A stretch of 64,000 nucleotides of DNA from an uncultured virus (IMG/VR IMGVR_UViG_3300042901_000675) (lineage: Duplodnaviria; Heunggongvirae; Uroviricota; Caudoviricetes), in IMG/VR virus record IMGVR_UViG_3300042901_000675. The stretch is one strand, 5' to 3'. The notes beneath the pieces are model-generated. The model saw only the letters and a program-made list of their open reading frames with translations. It made no database searches and had not been told where the DNA came from. The number at the start of each line of letters is the position of its first letter. Position 1 is the stretch's first letter. Below are positions 48,137 to 58,025 of this stretch, piece by piece. A program made the position numbers and the translations under genes.

Positions 48137-49133
48137 ACAAAAAGTTATTATTTGGGGATATCCACTACACAGCCATACCCACTCGTATATACATGGTGCA
48201 TGGTACAAAACATTCAAACATTTAGGATATGATGTTCATTGGTTTAACGATGAATCATATCCTATAGATTTTGATTATTCAAATTGTCTTTTTATTACAG
48301 AAGGGTATGCTGAAAAAAATATTCCAATTAATGAAACATCAACTTATTTTGTTCATATATGCGTAAATCCAGAAAAATATATTTTAAAGGGTGCAAGATT
48401 AATTGATATTAGATTTAATGTTTCTGAAATAAATGATTGTAATTATTCAATTATAGTAGATAAATCAAAATTATTAAAATTAGATGAAGTTTCTTTTTAT
48501 GAAAAAAATGCAAATGATTCAGTATTATCTGACAAATATAAAAAAGGAATAAAAGATTATGAAGCACTTTATTTAAGTTGGGCTACTGATTTATTACCTC
48601 ACGAATTTAATTATGATGATGTTTATATAAACCGAGACAATGTAATACATTGGATTGGCTCAATAGCTGAAAGTAATTATAGAGAAATAAATAAATTTAT
48701 TAACAATCTTAGTAAACATGGAATAGGGTTTCATCACAATGATCCTTGGTCAAACCCTTTAAGTTGGGAAGATGCAAAAACATATACTCAAAAGTCATTT
48801 ATTGCTCCAGATATAAGAGGGTCAGCTAATCGTTCTATGGTAAATGGACAAATAGATACTGGATCAAACCATAAAAAAATAGGATATATTCCTTGCAGAA
48901 TATTTAAAAATATAAGTTATGGACAACTTGGTATAACCAATTCTAAAGCAGTATATGAATTATTTGGTGATAATGTTTTATATTCAGATAATGAAGAAGA
49001 ATTATTAGATATATCTTTATCAAAATTAAAAGACTATGATTATATAAAAAATCAAATGAATTTTGTCAAAGACAGTCACACATATTTAAATAGAGTTAAT
49101 TCATTGATGCGTGTATTCAATAAAGAAATATAA
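48129..49133 (+). CDS. Putative GT-B glycosyltransferase
   Basis: HTHSYIH, YIPCRIFKNISYG, HTYLNR C-terminal motif; start re-called at MFKQ. Confidence 0.6.
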   Translation: MFKQKVIIWGYPLHSHTHSYIHGAWYKTFKHLGYDVHWFNDESYPIDFDYSNCLFITEGYAEKNIPINETSTYFVHICVNPEKYILKGARLIDIRFNVSEINDCNYSIIVDKSKLLKLDEVSFYEKNANDSVLSDKYKKGIKDYEALYLSWATDLLPHEFNYDDVYINRDNVIHWIGSIAESNYREINKFINNLSKHGIGFHHNDPWSNPLSWEDAKTYTQKSFIAPDIRGSANRSMVNGQIDTGSNHKKIGYIPCRIFKNISYGQLGITNSKAVYELFGDNVLYSDNEEELLDISLSKLKDYDYIKNQMNFVKDSHTYLNRVNSLMRVFNKEI

Positions 49134-49134
49134 T

Positions 49135-49914
49135 ATGTCTATTACCGCAATAACTGCATTATATGATATAGAAAGAGAAACTAAAGGAGATGGAAGAAGC
49201 ATTTCTGAATATCTTGACTGGTTTAAAGAAACTTTAAAATTAAATATAAATTTAGTAATTTATACTGAAAAAAAATTTGAATCTTTTATAAATGAAAATA
49301 GAATAAATAATAAAACTAAACTTATAATTAAACCTTTAAACGAAATACCTTATTACAAGTATAAAACTAATATAGAAAATATAATATATTCAAAAGAATA
49401 TAAACATAAAATGATGGCAAATGACCGAGTTGAATGCGTGTTGCCGTTATATAATATTATACAATATTCTAAATTTGATTGGATTCAAGAGTGTATAGAT
49501 AATAAGTATTTTGATACTGATTATTATTTTTGGATGGATGCAGGAATTAGTAGGTTTTTTGATGGAATTGATTTACAAAATTGGCCCAATAATTATTCTT
49601 TATTACAGGTAGAAAAAATAAATATTCAAGGAAATATTAATACTTTATTGTTTAATAAAAATTGGCCAGGTGATGATCAATATATATGGAATTGTAATAC
49701 AATGTTGTGTGGAGGTTTATTTGGTGGGGGCAAACCAATAATGACAAAATTATCACATTTAGTAAAAAACAAATTTGAATATTATTTAAATAACTTGTGT
49801 ATCAATAATGAACAAATTATTCTTGGTATTTTATGGAAAAATAATCCAAATTTGTTTAATATTCATTTTAATCTAAATGGAAAACCGTTGCCATTTTTAA
49901 AAGATATGGCATAA
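49135..49914 (+). CDS. HtrL/YibB-like glycan-modifying protein
   Basis: TALYDI, YSKF, YFWMDAG, CGGLFGG, NNEQ; start re-called at MSIT. Confidence 0.7.
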   Translation: MSITAITALYDIERETKGDGRSISEYLDWFKETLKLNINLVIYTEKKFESFINENRINNKTKLIIKPLNEIPYYKYKTNIENIIYSKEYKHKMMANDRVECVLPLYNIIQYSKFDWIQECIDNKYFDTDYYFWMDAGISRFFDGIDLQNWPNNYSLLQVEKINIQGNINTLLFNKNWPGDDQYIWNCNTMLCGGLFGGGKPIMTKLSHLVKNKFEYYLNNLCINNEQIILGILWKNNPNLFNIHFNLNGKPLPFLKDMA

Positions 49915-49943
49915 TAGTATATTACAGATAATAGGAGAATAAA

Positions 49944-50912
49944 GTGAAAATATGTTTAATAGGACCAGGTATAATGCCAATACCCCCAAATAATTGGGGT
50001 GCAGTTGAAAGTTTAATATGGGATCAATATGAATACCTTTTAAAAAAGGGACATGATGTAGAAATAATCAATAGTCCAGATTTACAAAGTGTTGCAAATT
50101 ATGTAAATGAAGTTGATTATGATTTTATTCATCTTCATTATGATGATCATGCACAAGTTTTAACTAAATTAATTAATAAACCATTTTGCACCACAACTCA
50201 CTATGGATATATAAAAGAACATTATCCAGATTATCCAGGATGGAAAAATATATATAATGGTGTATTAAATAGCAAAGGTATTATATCTTTAGCACCAGAA
50301 ATTTCCAATTTATTTAAAGGTTCTGGATATAAAGGTTTTTTAAGATCTTTGCGTAATGGGGCAAGAAGTTCTGAATTTAATTTTATAAAAACTCCTAGTA
50401 AACATGGTCTTTGTTTAGGAAAAGTGGAGCCACGTAAAAGACAGGCAGATTTAGCAAATGCATGTAGAAACAAAAATCATATAGATTTTGTTGGTCCAGT
50501 AATTGACTATGCTTTTAAAGAAAATGAAACATGCAAATATGCTGGTGTTTGGGCTAAACCAGATTTGTATCAAAATATGACTAATTATAAATGTTTAATT
50601 TTATTGAGTGATGGTGAGGCTGCACCTCTAGTGGTGCCAGAGGCTTTATCTGCCGGATTAAGTTTAGTTGTTTCTCCAACTGCAGCAGCAAATCTTGATA
50701 CTACGCTTCCATTTATACATGTAATAGATGGTCCTATTAATGATTCAATAAATGAAACAATAGGAACTGCAATTGAAGATAACAATAAATATAGAGATGA
50801 TATTCGAAAATATGCTTTAGATTATTTTGATTGGGATGTTGTCTGTGATGATTATATAAAAATTGTGAAAGAATTTATAAATGAAAATAGCTTTTGTAAC
50901 AATAGCCACTAA
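49944..50912 (+). CDS. GT-B glycosyltransferase (GT4-like)
   Basis: IPPNNWGAVE, GKVEPRK, EAAPLVVPEAL. Confidence 0.8.
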   Translation: MKICLIGPGIMPIPPNNWGAVESLIWDQYEYLLKKGHDVEIINSPDLQSVANYVNEVDYDFIHLHYDDHAQVLTKLINKPFCTTTHYGYIKEHYPDYPGWKNIYNGVLNSKGIISLAPEISNLFKGSGYKGFLRSLRNGARSSEFNFIKTPSKHGLCLGKVEPRKRQADLANACRNKNHIDFVGPVIDYAFKENETCKYAGVWAKPDLYQNMTNYKCLILLSDGEAAPLVVPEALSAGLSLVVSPTAAANLDTTLPFIHVIDGPINDSINETIGTAIEDNNKYRDDIRKYALDYFDWDVVCDDYIKIVKEFINENSFCNNSH

Positions 50913-51588
50913 TAAGTATATTAAATATGCAGAAAATCTTTTGGAGAGCATGAATAAACATGCATTTTCAAATACTCAAGATCAAGTTAACCTGTTTGTA
51001 TTTACAGATAAACCTGAATTATTTAAAAATCACTTTGGTCGTGTAAATCCAATTGGAGTACATATAACACATGTACCCTTTCCTTTAATTTCTTTACTAA
51101 GATATCATTATTATAGTAATTGTGAAGTTTTACAAAATTATGATTATGTATATCATATTGATTGTGATATGATAATGAAAGATATGGTTGGTGAAGAAAT
51201 TTTAGGACATCGTGTTTGTGTCAGTCATCCAGGAATGTCATCATTTGATAATAATTCAAAATTTCCATATGATAGAAATGTGGCTGCAAACTCAGGAGTA
51301 GATATTGGCAAAGGGAATCATTATTATCAAAATTGTTTTCAGGGTGGAGAAAGCAAAGAATTTATTAATATGTGTAAATATTTAAGAGATCAATCTGAAG
51401 AAGATCTTAGAAAAAATTATATAGCATTGTGGCATGATGAAAGCTATATGAACAAATATATGATTTTAAATACACCAACGGTAGTACTGCCCCCAACATA
51501 TGCACAGCCCGAAAGTTGGTCTTCATTTGGACCTACAAAAATATTACACATTGATAAAAATCATTTACAAGTAAGAAAATCGCAATGA
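50881..51588 (+). CDS. GT6 family (ABO-like) glycosyltransferase
   Basis: IATNKY, VFTD, IDCD, HPG, FQGG, WHDESYMNKY. Confidence 0.85.
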   Translation: MKIAFVTIATNKYIKYAENLLESMNKHAFSNTQDQVNLFVFTDKPELFKNHFGRVNPIGVHITHVPFPLISLLRYHYYSNCEVLQNYDYVYHIDCDMIMKDMVGEEILGHRVCVSHPGMSSFDNNSKFPYDRNVAANSGVDIGKGNHYYQNCFQGGESKEFINMCKYLRDQSEEDLRKNYIALWHDESYMNKYMILNTPTVVLPPTYAQPESWSSFGPTKILHIDKNHLQVRKSQ

Positions 51589-52481
51589 AATATTTAATTA
51601 CAGGTGGGGCTGGGTTTATTGGATCTAATTTAGTTAATACACTAATTGATGATGGACACGAAGTGGTGGTTATAGACAATTTATCATCAGATGCCCATGA
51701 TGAATTTTATTTTAATTTTAAAGCAAAATATTATCACTATAGTGTAATTGATTATGAGATGTGTTCCGATGCATTTAATAGGGCTAAACCAGATTTTGTA
51801 TTACACTCAGCAGCTGAGGCAAGGATTCAAAATTGTATTGCAGATCCTATTAAAGCATACGAGACAAATTTAATTGGAACTCTTAATATGCTTTCTTTAT
51901 GTAAGAAATATAATGTAAAGAGATTAGTTCTTTCTACAACTTCTGCAATATATGGATTAAAAAATACTGGAATATTACATGAAGAAATGCTACCAGATTG
52001 TTTAAATTCTTATTCTTTAAGCAAATTTAATGCTGAACAAGCATGTAAAATGTATAGTTTAATGTATGGGGTTGATACTGTGTGTTTAAGATATTTTAAT
52101 GTCTATGGACCAAACCAACCAAAGAAAGGCCCATATGCACCAGTTATAGGTATTTTTACTAGACAAAAAGAATCTAAACAGAAACTTACTGTGGTTGGTG
52201 ATGGTGAACAAACTAGAGATTATATACATGTCTCAGATGTAGTAAAAGCAAATATATTAGCAACAACACATAAAGAAAACCTTTTTGGAGAAATATTTAA
52301 TGTTGGAACTGGTAAGAATTATTCAATAAATTGGATTGCATCAAAAATAGAACCAGATCCAACTAATATAATTAATATTGCGCCTAGACCCGGTGAAGCA
52401 CGAGATACAATAGCAGATACAACAAAAATTGAAAAAATTCTTGGTTGGAAGGCAACTATATCCTTGAATAAGTATATTTAA
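51585..52481 (+). CDS. NAD-dependent nucleotide-sugar epimerase/dehydratase
   Basis: TGGAGFIG, YSLSK, RYFNVYGP, GDGEQTRDY. Confidence 0.92.
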   Translation: MKYLITGGAGFIGSNLVNTLIDDGHEVVVIDNLSSDAHDEFYFNFKAKYYHYSVIDYEMCSDAFNRAKPDFVLHSAAEARIQNCIADPIKAYETNLIGTLNMLSLCKKYNVKRLVLSTTSAIYGLKNTGILHEEMLPDCLNSYSLSKFNAEQACKMYSLMYGVDTVCLRYFNVYGPNQPKKGPYAPVIGIFTRQKESKQKLTVVGDGEQTRDYIHVSDVVKANILATTHKENLFGEIFNVGTGKNYSINWIASKIEPDPTNIINIAPRPGEARDTIADTTKIEKILGWKATISLNKYI

Positions 52482-52520
52482 TTTGCTTGACATTAAGTAT
52501 TACTATATTATAATACCTTA

Positions 52521-53093
52521 GTGAAAAACCCATCCAAAAAAAAGAAACCATCAGATGCAGATTACGTAAGTAACTCTGATTTATATGATGCTTTAGTTGA
52601 TTATCGTAAAAAGTCTAATGATGCAGAAAATGCAGGTCGAAAGAAACCAAAGCTTCCAGATTTTATAGGAGAATGTGTTCTTAAGATTGCATCAAGACTT
52701 TCTTTCCGTCCCAATTTTGCAAACTATCCATATAGAGAAGAAATGGTATCTGATGCGGTTTTAAACTGTATTACATATATTGGTAACTTTGATCCAGAAA
52801 AGTCTAAAAGTCCATTCGGATATCTTACTCAGATTTGCTGGTTTTCTTTTGTTCGTATTATAAACAAAGAAAAGAAAGAAAAGTATACACAATATAAGTA
52901 TGCAGAACAGCAGAATGATAAAGACTTTCATCATTGGTTTAATAAAGTATACGCTGGTGTAGACATTGGTCGAAGAGATTTCTTTGGACTTACAGACCTT
53001 GACATGGATAGATTTGGTGTTATGCTAAATCCACCTAAGAAAGAGGGCGTTAAGCGCAAGCGTAAGTCAAAGAAAGATACACTTGATATATGA
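52521..53093 (+). CDS. gp55: Late-transcription sigma factor
   Basis: YVSN..L, IGEC.LKIA..LS.RPNF.NY..REEM..DA, FDPEKS..PF.Y.TQI; GTG start 6 nt after TTGACA-N16-TATAAT. Confidence 0.95.
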   Translation: MKNPSKKKKPSDADYVSNSDLYDALVDYRKKSNDAENAGRKKPKLPDFIGECVLKIASRLSFRPNFANYPYREEMVSDAVLNCITYIGNFDPEKSKSPFGYLTQICWFSFVRIINKEKKEKYTQYKYAEQQNDKDFHHWFNKVYAGVDIGRRDFFGLTDLDMDRFGVMLNPPKKEGVKRKRKSKKDTLDI

Positions 53094-54136
53094 AATCAAT
53101 AATTCTTAATGATACCCATTTTGGGTACAAAGCAGATTCCCCAATAGTCCTAGAATACTTTATGTCCTTCTTTGAAGGACAGTTATTTCCATATATTAAA
53201 GAAAACAATATCAAGACCATCTTTCACCTAGGTGACGTCTTTGATCGTAGAAAATATATTAATTTTAAGACTCTTCAACAGGTTCGCACAAGGTTCTTTG
53301 AACCCCTTCAAGAACTTGGCGTAAAGTGTATTGCTATCTGTGGCAATCATGATACCTACTACAAGAATAATAATACGGTCAATTCTTTACAAGAAATTGC
53401 ACAACAGTATTCTAACTGGGAGATTCATTCAGAACCAACAGAGATTCAAACCTCTGCTGGTTGTGTAGCATTATTGCCTTGGATCAACCCAGAGAATGAG
53501 ATTCAATCGGCAGAGTTTATTACCAACACTAGATGCTCTCTACTACTAGGACATTTAGAATTGTGTGGCTTTCAGAGTATTCGTGGTATCTTTATTGAGC
53601 ATGGCTATGACCCAAAACATTTTGACAAATTTGAATATGTTCTTACTGGGCATTATCATATTAAATCTAGCCGGGATAATATACATTACCTGGGATCTCA
53701 GTACCAAATGGCTTTCTCAGACGTTTGGGAAGCCAAAGGGTTTCATGTCTTTGATTTTGCAGCAAGAACGCTTGAATTTATCGAGAATCCAAAAAGGCTT
53801 TTCTATACGTTTGACTACGATGAAACCAACCCAGAAAAATTAGACTACTCAAAGTTTAAAGATACATATGTTAAGATCTTTATCAAGAACCGAACTAAAG
53901 GTCCAGCCTTTGAGAAATACTTGGATAAGTTCTACGAAGCAGGAGTAGCAGAGTTAGCCGTTACCGAAGATGTAACAGCAAACCCGGATCTAGTGGCTGT
54001 TGACATTCATAAAGATACATTACAGTTACTTCATGAAGAGATTGATACAGTTACAGAAAAATCAATTAATAAAAATGTGCTTGCTGATATTATAAACTCA
54101 GCATATAATGCCGCAATGTCAAAGGATGAAGATTGA
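53090..54136 (+). CDS. gp47: Recombination endonuclease subunit (Mre11/SbcD-like)
   Basis: DTHFG, LGDVFDRR, GNHD, GHYH. Confidence 0.95.
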   Translation: MKSIILNDTHFGYKADSPIVLEYFMSFFEGQLFPYIKENNIKTIFHLGDVFDRRKYINFKTLQQVRTRFFEPLQELGVKCIAICGNHDTYYKNNNTVNSLQEIAQQYSNWEIHSEPTEIQTSAGCVALLPWINPENEIQSAEFITNTRCSLLLGHLELCGFQSIRGIFIEHGYDPKHFDKFEYVLTGHYHIKSSRDNIHYLGSQYQMAFSDVWEAKGFHVFDFAARTLEFIENPKRLFYTFDYDETNPEKLDYSKFKDTYVKIFIKNRTKGPAFEKYLDKFYEAGVAELAVTEDVTANPDLVAVDIHKDTLQLLHEEIDTVTEKSINKNVLADIINSAYNAAMSKDED

Positions 54137-55854
54137 TAGATTTTCTAACAGTTCGTTTTAAAAACTTTGGTTCATTTGGTAATAATTTTTCTGAGATCAA
54201 ACTCGATAATTATAAGACCACATTAGTTACTGGCACCAATGGAAACGGTAAGTCTTTTGCTCTATTAGACTCTCTCTGCTTTGGTTTGTTTGGAAAGCCA
54301 TTCAGACCTATTAATATTCCACAACTAATCAATACAGTTAATGCCAAGCAGTGTGTTGTAGAAATTGAATTTAAGAAGTCAAACTGCCATTTTCTAGTTC
54401 GCCGTGGTCTCGCACCTAAAATCTTTGAGATTTATAAAGATGGAGAAATGCTTGACCAAAACGCTAAGACTAAAGATTATCAAGAAATGTTTGAAGAAAA
54501 CATTCTTGGATTTGATTATGCAGCCTTCAAGCAGGTAGTTATTCTTGGTAAGTCTAACTTTGTTCCTTTCATGCAGTTGACTCCTGCTGAAAGACGTAAG
54601 ATTATTGAAGGTCTTTTGAATCTTGATATTCTTGCTGACATGAATCTATATGTTAAGGGTCAACTATCAGGATTAAAACTGTCTCTTGGTGAACAAGAAA
54701 GCATGTTAAAGATTGTACATGAAAAGATTAAGTCTCAGAAAGAAGTATTAGAAACAATTCAAACTACCGCAGTAGAAGAGATCAAGTCTATTGAAGCATC
54801 TATTCAAGATTATACAACTAAGATTGCAGATGATAATGTGCTTCAAGCAAAGCATGAAAAAAATCTAAAAGATGTATCTGCTAAACTTACCAAGAAGTTA
54901 ACAAACCTAAGTGCTCTAAAAGATGTTCCTGCTATGTTAACCAAGGCAGAAGTATTAGAGGCAACTTTGGTTGAAGAGATTGTTTCTCTTAAAGAAAATG
55001 CCTTATGTAAGTGCTGTGGTCAGGATCTACCTAAGTTTCAAAAAGAAAAACATATTCAAGATAAAGAATCTAAGTTGGAAGATTGTCGCAAGGCAATTGT
55101 TATTGCCACAAAGAAGAATGCAGAACTTTTAGAACTTCAAACTGAAGTAGAAGAACTAAAGACACTCAAACAAAAACATCAGTCTGATAATAACGATATC
55201 TCATATCAAATTATCAGCAATCAATCTTCTCTTAGTTTTATGAAAAAAGAAAAGAATAAGAAGTTGGTGAACGAAAATGAGAATACATTATTGCAAAAAA
55301 TCAAAGATGCAGAATTGGAAAAGGAAAATGCTACTAGGCAATTGGACGCATTAATTACCAAACAAATACACCATGATATTGTCTACGATATACTCAAAGA
55401 TGGCGGTCTCAAAAGCCGCATTATTACACATTATGTTCCCATCATCAATGGACTCGTTAACAAGTTCCTCGGAAAACTTAATCTTTATGTTGACTTCACC
55501 ATCGATGAAGAGTTCAAGGAAACAATTAAGTCACGATACCGAGATGCATTCTCATATTCCTCTTTCTCTGAGGGAGAAAAACAACGCATTGACTTGGCAA
55601 TTCTATTGACTTGGCGTGAAGTTGCACGAATGAAAAATAGCCTTAACTGTAACCTATTAATCTTTGATGAGATTTTAGACTCATCTCTTGATGCTGCTGG
55701 TACTGAAGCCTTTATGAAAATTTTAAATAAGATGACCAACAAATGCTCTATCTATATCATCAGCCACAAGGCAGACCAGTTGGTAGATAAATTTGATCAA
55801 AGTATGCAATTTGAAAAGAAAAATAACTTTTCAAAGATAAAGACAAATATCTAA
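54133..55854 (+). CDS. gp46: Recombination ATPase subunit (Rad50/SbcC-like)
   Basis: GTNGNGKS, zinc hook CKCC, FSEGEK, IFDE, ISH. Confidence 0.95.
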   Translation: MIDFLTVRFKNFGSFGNNFSEIKLDNYKTTLVTGTNGNGKSFALLDSLCFGLFGKPFRPINIPQLINTVNAKQCVVEIEFKKSNCHFLVRRGLAPKIFEIYKDGEMLDQNAKTKDYQEMFEENILGFDYAAFKQVVILGKSNFVPFMQLTPAERRKIIEGLLNLDILADMNLYVKGQLSGLKLSLGEQESMLKIVHEKIKSQKEVLETIQTTAVEEIKSIEASIQDYTTKIADDNVLQAKHEKNLKDVSAKLTKKLTNLSALKDVPAMLTKAEVLEATLVEEIVSLKENALCKCCGQDLPKFQKEKHIQDKESKLEDCRKAIVIATKKNAELLELQTEVEELKTLKQKHQSDNNDISYQIISNQSSLSFMKKEKNKKLVNENENTLLQKIKDAELEKENATRQLDALITKQIHHDIVYDILKDGGLKSRIITHYVPIINGLVNKFLGKLNLYVDFTIDEEFKETIKSRYRDAFSYSSFSEGEKQRIDLAILLTWREVARMKNSLNCNLLIFDEILDSSLDAAGTEAFMKILNKMTNKCSIYIISHKADQLVDKFDQSMQFEKKNNFSKIKTNI

Positions 55855-55862
55855 ATATTTTT

Positions 55863-56204
55863 ATGAGTGTTAAAAAGCCAGAAATATCTCTCAGTACTGA
55901 CACGATTGCAAAAAATCCGGTCACAACTCCACAGTATACAGCTAAAAGTGTTAATGGATCTGTTATAACTTATAATCGTGGTGATAACGTTACAAGCCAA
56001 GGTAGATTTTATAAGTGTTTAAAAGCAACAACTCTAAGTCCTTTACAAGATAAATCAAATTGGGCTTTTACAGGAATGTCTGAAACATTTAAAGGTTCTG
56101 TACCACCTATAAAACCATTAGAAAATCAATTGTGGATGGCTGATACTGGTGCATTATATATTTGGTATAAAGATATTTCGGGATTTCAATGGGTTCAGAT
56201 TTGA
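55863..56204 (+). CDS. Small late protein with CBM5/12-like and fibre-like motifs
   Basis: YNRGDNV...GRFYKC...P...W, then PP...QLW..TG.LYIWY...QWVQ; CTAAATA 5 nt upstream. Confidence 0.55.
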   Translation: MSVKKPEISLSTDTIAKNPVTTPQYTAKSVNGSVITYNRGDNVTSQGRFYKCLKATTLSPLQDKSNWAFTGMSETFKGSVPPIKPLENQLWMADTGALYIWYKDISGFQWVQI

Positions 56205-56234
56205 CTATTTCAATACAGGAGATATACTAGGGCT

Positions 56235-56387
56235 ATGAACGAGGAAAGTTTTCAGAAGTTTAGTAACCGAGGCAAGAATAAGCCATCAGGTTTGGGTAAA
56301 AAGCAACAGAAGAGAAGTAAGCGTGGAGATCGCCACGAACAGAAGCAGCAACTTAACGATATCGTTTATCGTAAAGAACGTGATTAA
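56235..56387 (+). CDS. Small basic protein (50 aa)
   Basis: Below the track cutoff; ATG 6 nt after TTGACT-N16-TATACT; K/R-rich. Confidence 0.6.
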   Translation: MNEESFQKFSNRGKNKPSGLGKKQQKRSKRGDRHEQKQQLNDIVYRKERD

Positions 56388-56406
56388 TTTTTAGAAAGAT
56401 TTATAT

Positions 56407-57078
56407 ATGGAAACTGTGACAAAAATGCGTTTATCAAAAGACACCTATAACATTCTCAAGAATTTTGCAGCAATCAATTCAAATATTCTTATTTCACCAG
56501 GAAACGTCCTCAAGACTATCTCTCCTGGTAAGAATATTTACGTTGAGGCTACAATCTCAGAGGACTTTGATGTTGAAGTTCCTGTTTGGGATTTGAACAA
56601 GTTTTTGGGTGTTGTAAGTATGTTCTCAAACCCCGATTTAGAGTTCCACGATACCCATGTAGTCGTTTCTAACGGCAGATCGAGTGTTACATACTATTAC
56701 TCAGAACCAAGCCTCTTAACGGTTCCTACTAGAGAACTCAAGATGCCAAAGACTACAATTAAGTTTGATCTTGATGAAAAGGATCTAAATGAAATTTTGA
56801 AGGCAGCAAGCATTCTACAAGTAAGTGATCTTCGTATGATTGGTGGAGAAGGTTCTTTCCGTATTATGGTTGATGATTCTAGTCAGAGTACTACCAATAG
56901 TTTTGAGATCGTTTTAGATGAAAACTATACTGGTAAGGATTTTGAAGGTACTTTGAATGTATCTGAGATTAAGTTTATTCCTGGTTCCTACACTGTGGAA
57001 TTGAGTGATACTATTATCTCTAAGTTTACTCATAAGAGTCTGGAACTTGCTTACTACATCGCTATCAAGCGGGGTTAA
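56407..57078 (+). CDS. gp45: Sliding clamp
   Basis: LKNFAAINSNI, WDLNKFL, IPGSYTV, YYIA. Confidence 0.93.
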   Translation: METVTKMRLSKDTYNILKNFAAINSNILISPGNVLKTISPGKNIYVEATISEDFDVEVPVWDLNKFLGVVSMFSNPDLEFHDTHVVVSNGRSSVTYYYSEPSLLTVPTRELKMPKTTIKFDLDEKDLNEILKAASILQVSDLRMIGGEGSFRIMVDDSSQSTTNSFEIVLDENYTGKDFEGTLNVSEIKFIPGSYTVELSDTIISKFTHKSLELAYYIAIKRG

Positions 57079-57080
57079 TT

Positions 57081-58025
57081 GTGTCTGACATTAATAGTCT
57101 GCTCTGGGTTGAAAAATATCGACCCAAGTCATTATCTGATTGTATTCTTCCTATTGATCTTACCACGATTTTTAATGGTATGATCAAGGAAGGTACAATT
57201 CCTAATATGATGCTATATGGCAAGGCGGGTACGGGAAAGACAACCGTAGCCCGTGCTCTTGCCAATGACATCGGTGCCGAAAGTATTATTATTAACTGTT
57301 CTGAAGAGAATGGTATTGATACATTACGCACGAAGATTCGTAATTATGCCTCAACGGTTTCCCTAAGTGGAAATCTAAAGGTTGTAATTTTGGATGAGTT
57401 TGATTATGCCAACGCACAGTCAATTCAGCCTGCTCTTCGTGGAGCCATTGAAGAATTTGCAAAGAACTGCAGATTCATCATGACTTGCAATTACAAGAAT
57501 CGTATCATTGAGCCATTGCACTCTCGTTGCACCGGTATTGATTTTACAGTTCCTAATGCCGAGAAGGCTGCTGTTGCATCTGCAATGATGAAGCGTGTGG
57601 AGTATATTCTTGCACAAGAGAAGATTCCGTATGAGAAAACAGTAATTGTAAACCTTGTTAAGAAGCATTTTCCTGATCTTCGCCGTATTATCAATGAACT
57701 ACAGAGATACGCCTCTGCAGGTAGTATTGATATTGGAGTTCTTGGTCAAGGTAGTAGTGAGTCCTACAAGGAACTTTTAGGATTTATGAAGAATAAGGAT
57801 TTTGTATCGTGTCGTAAGTGGGTGGTACAGAATCTAGATCTTAATACATCTGATTTTTATAAACGTTTATATACTGAACTATATACATCTCTTAAGAATC
57901 CTTCGGTACCACAGGCTATTCTGATTATTGCTGAATACCAATATAAGTCTGCATTTGCAGCAGACCAAGAAATTAACACCATGGCATTGATTGTTCAACT
58001 TATGATGGACTGTGAGTTTAACTGA
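57081..58025 (+). CDS. gp44: Clamp loader large subunit
   Basis: WVEKYRP, GKAGTGKTT, ILDEFD, PLHSRC. Confidence 0.95.
   Translation: MSDINSLLWVEKYRPKSLSDCILPIDLTTIFNGMIKEGTIPNMMLYGKAGTGKTTVARALANDIGAESIIINCSEENGIDTLRTKIRNYASTVSLSGNLKVVILDEFDYANAQSIQPALRGAIEEFAKNCRFIMTCNYKNRIIEPLHSRCTGIDFTVPNAEKAAVASAMMKRVEYILAQEKIPYEKTVIVNLVKKHFPDLRRIINELQRYASAGSIDIGVLGQGSSESYKELLGFMKNKDFVSCRKWVVQNLDLNTSDFYKRLYTELYTSLKNPSVPQAILIIAEYQYKSAFAADQEINTMALIVQLMMDCEFN

Noticed and set aside
41971..52481. Glycan cluster as contaminating bacterial DNA
   Set aside because: It is joined seamlessly to uvsY and gp55, uses the same 16-nt-spacer promoter type and lacks bacterial export genes.
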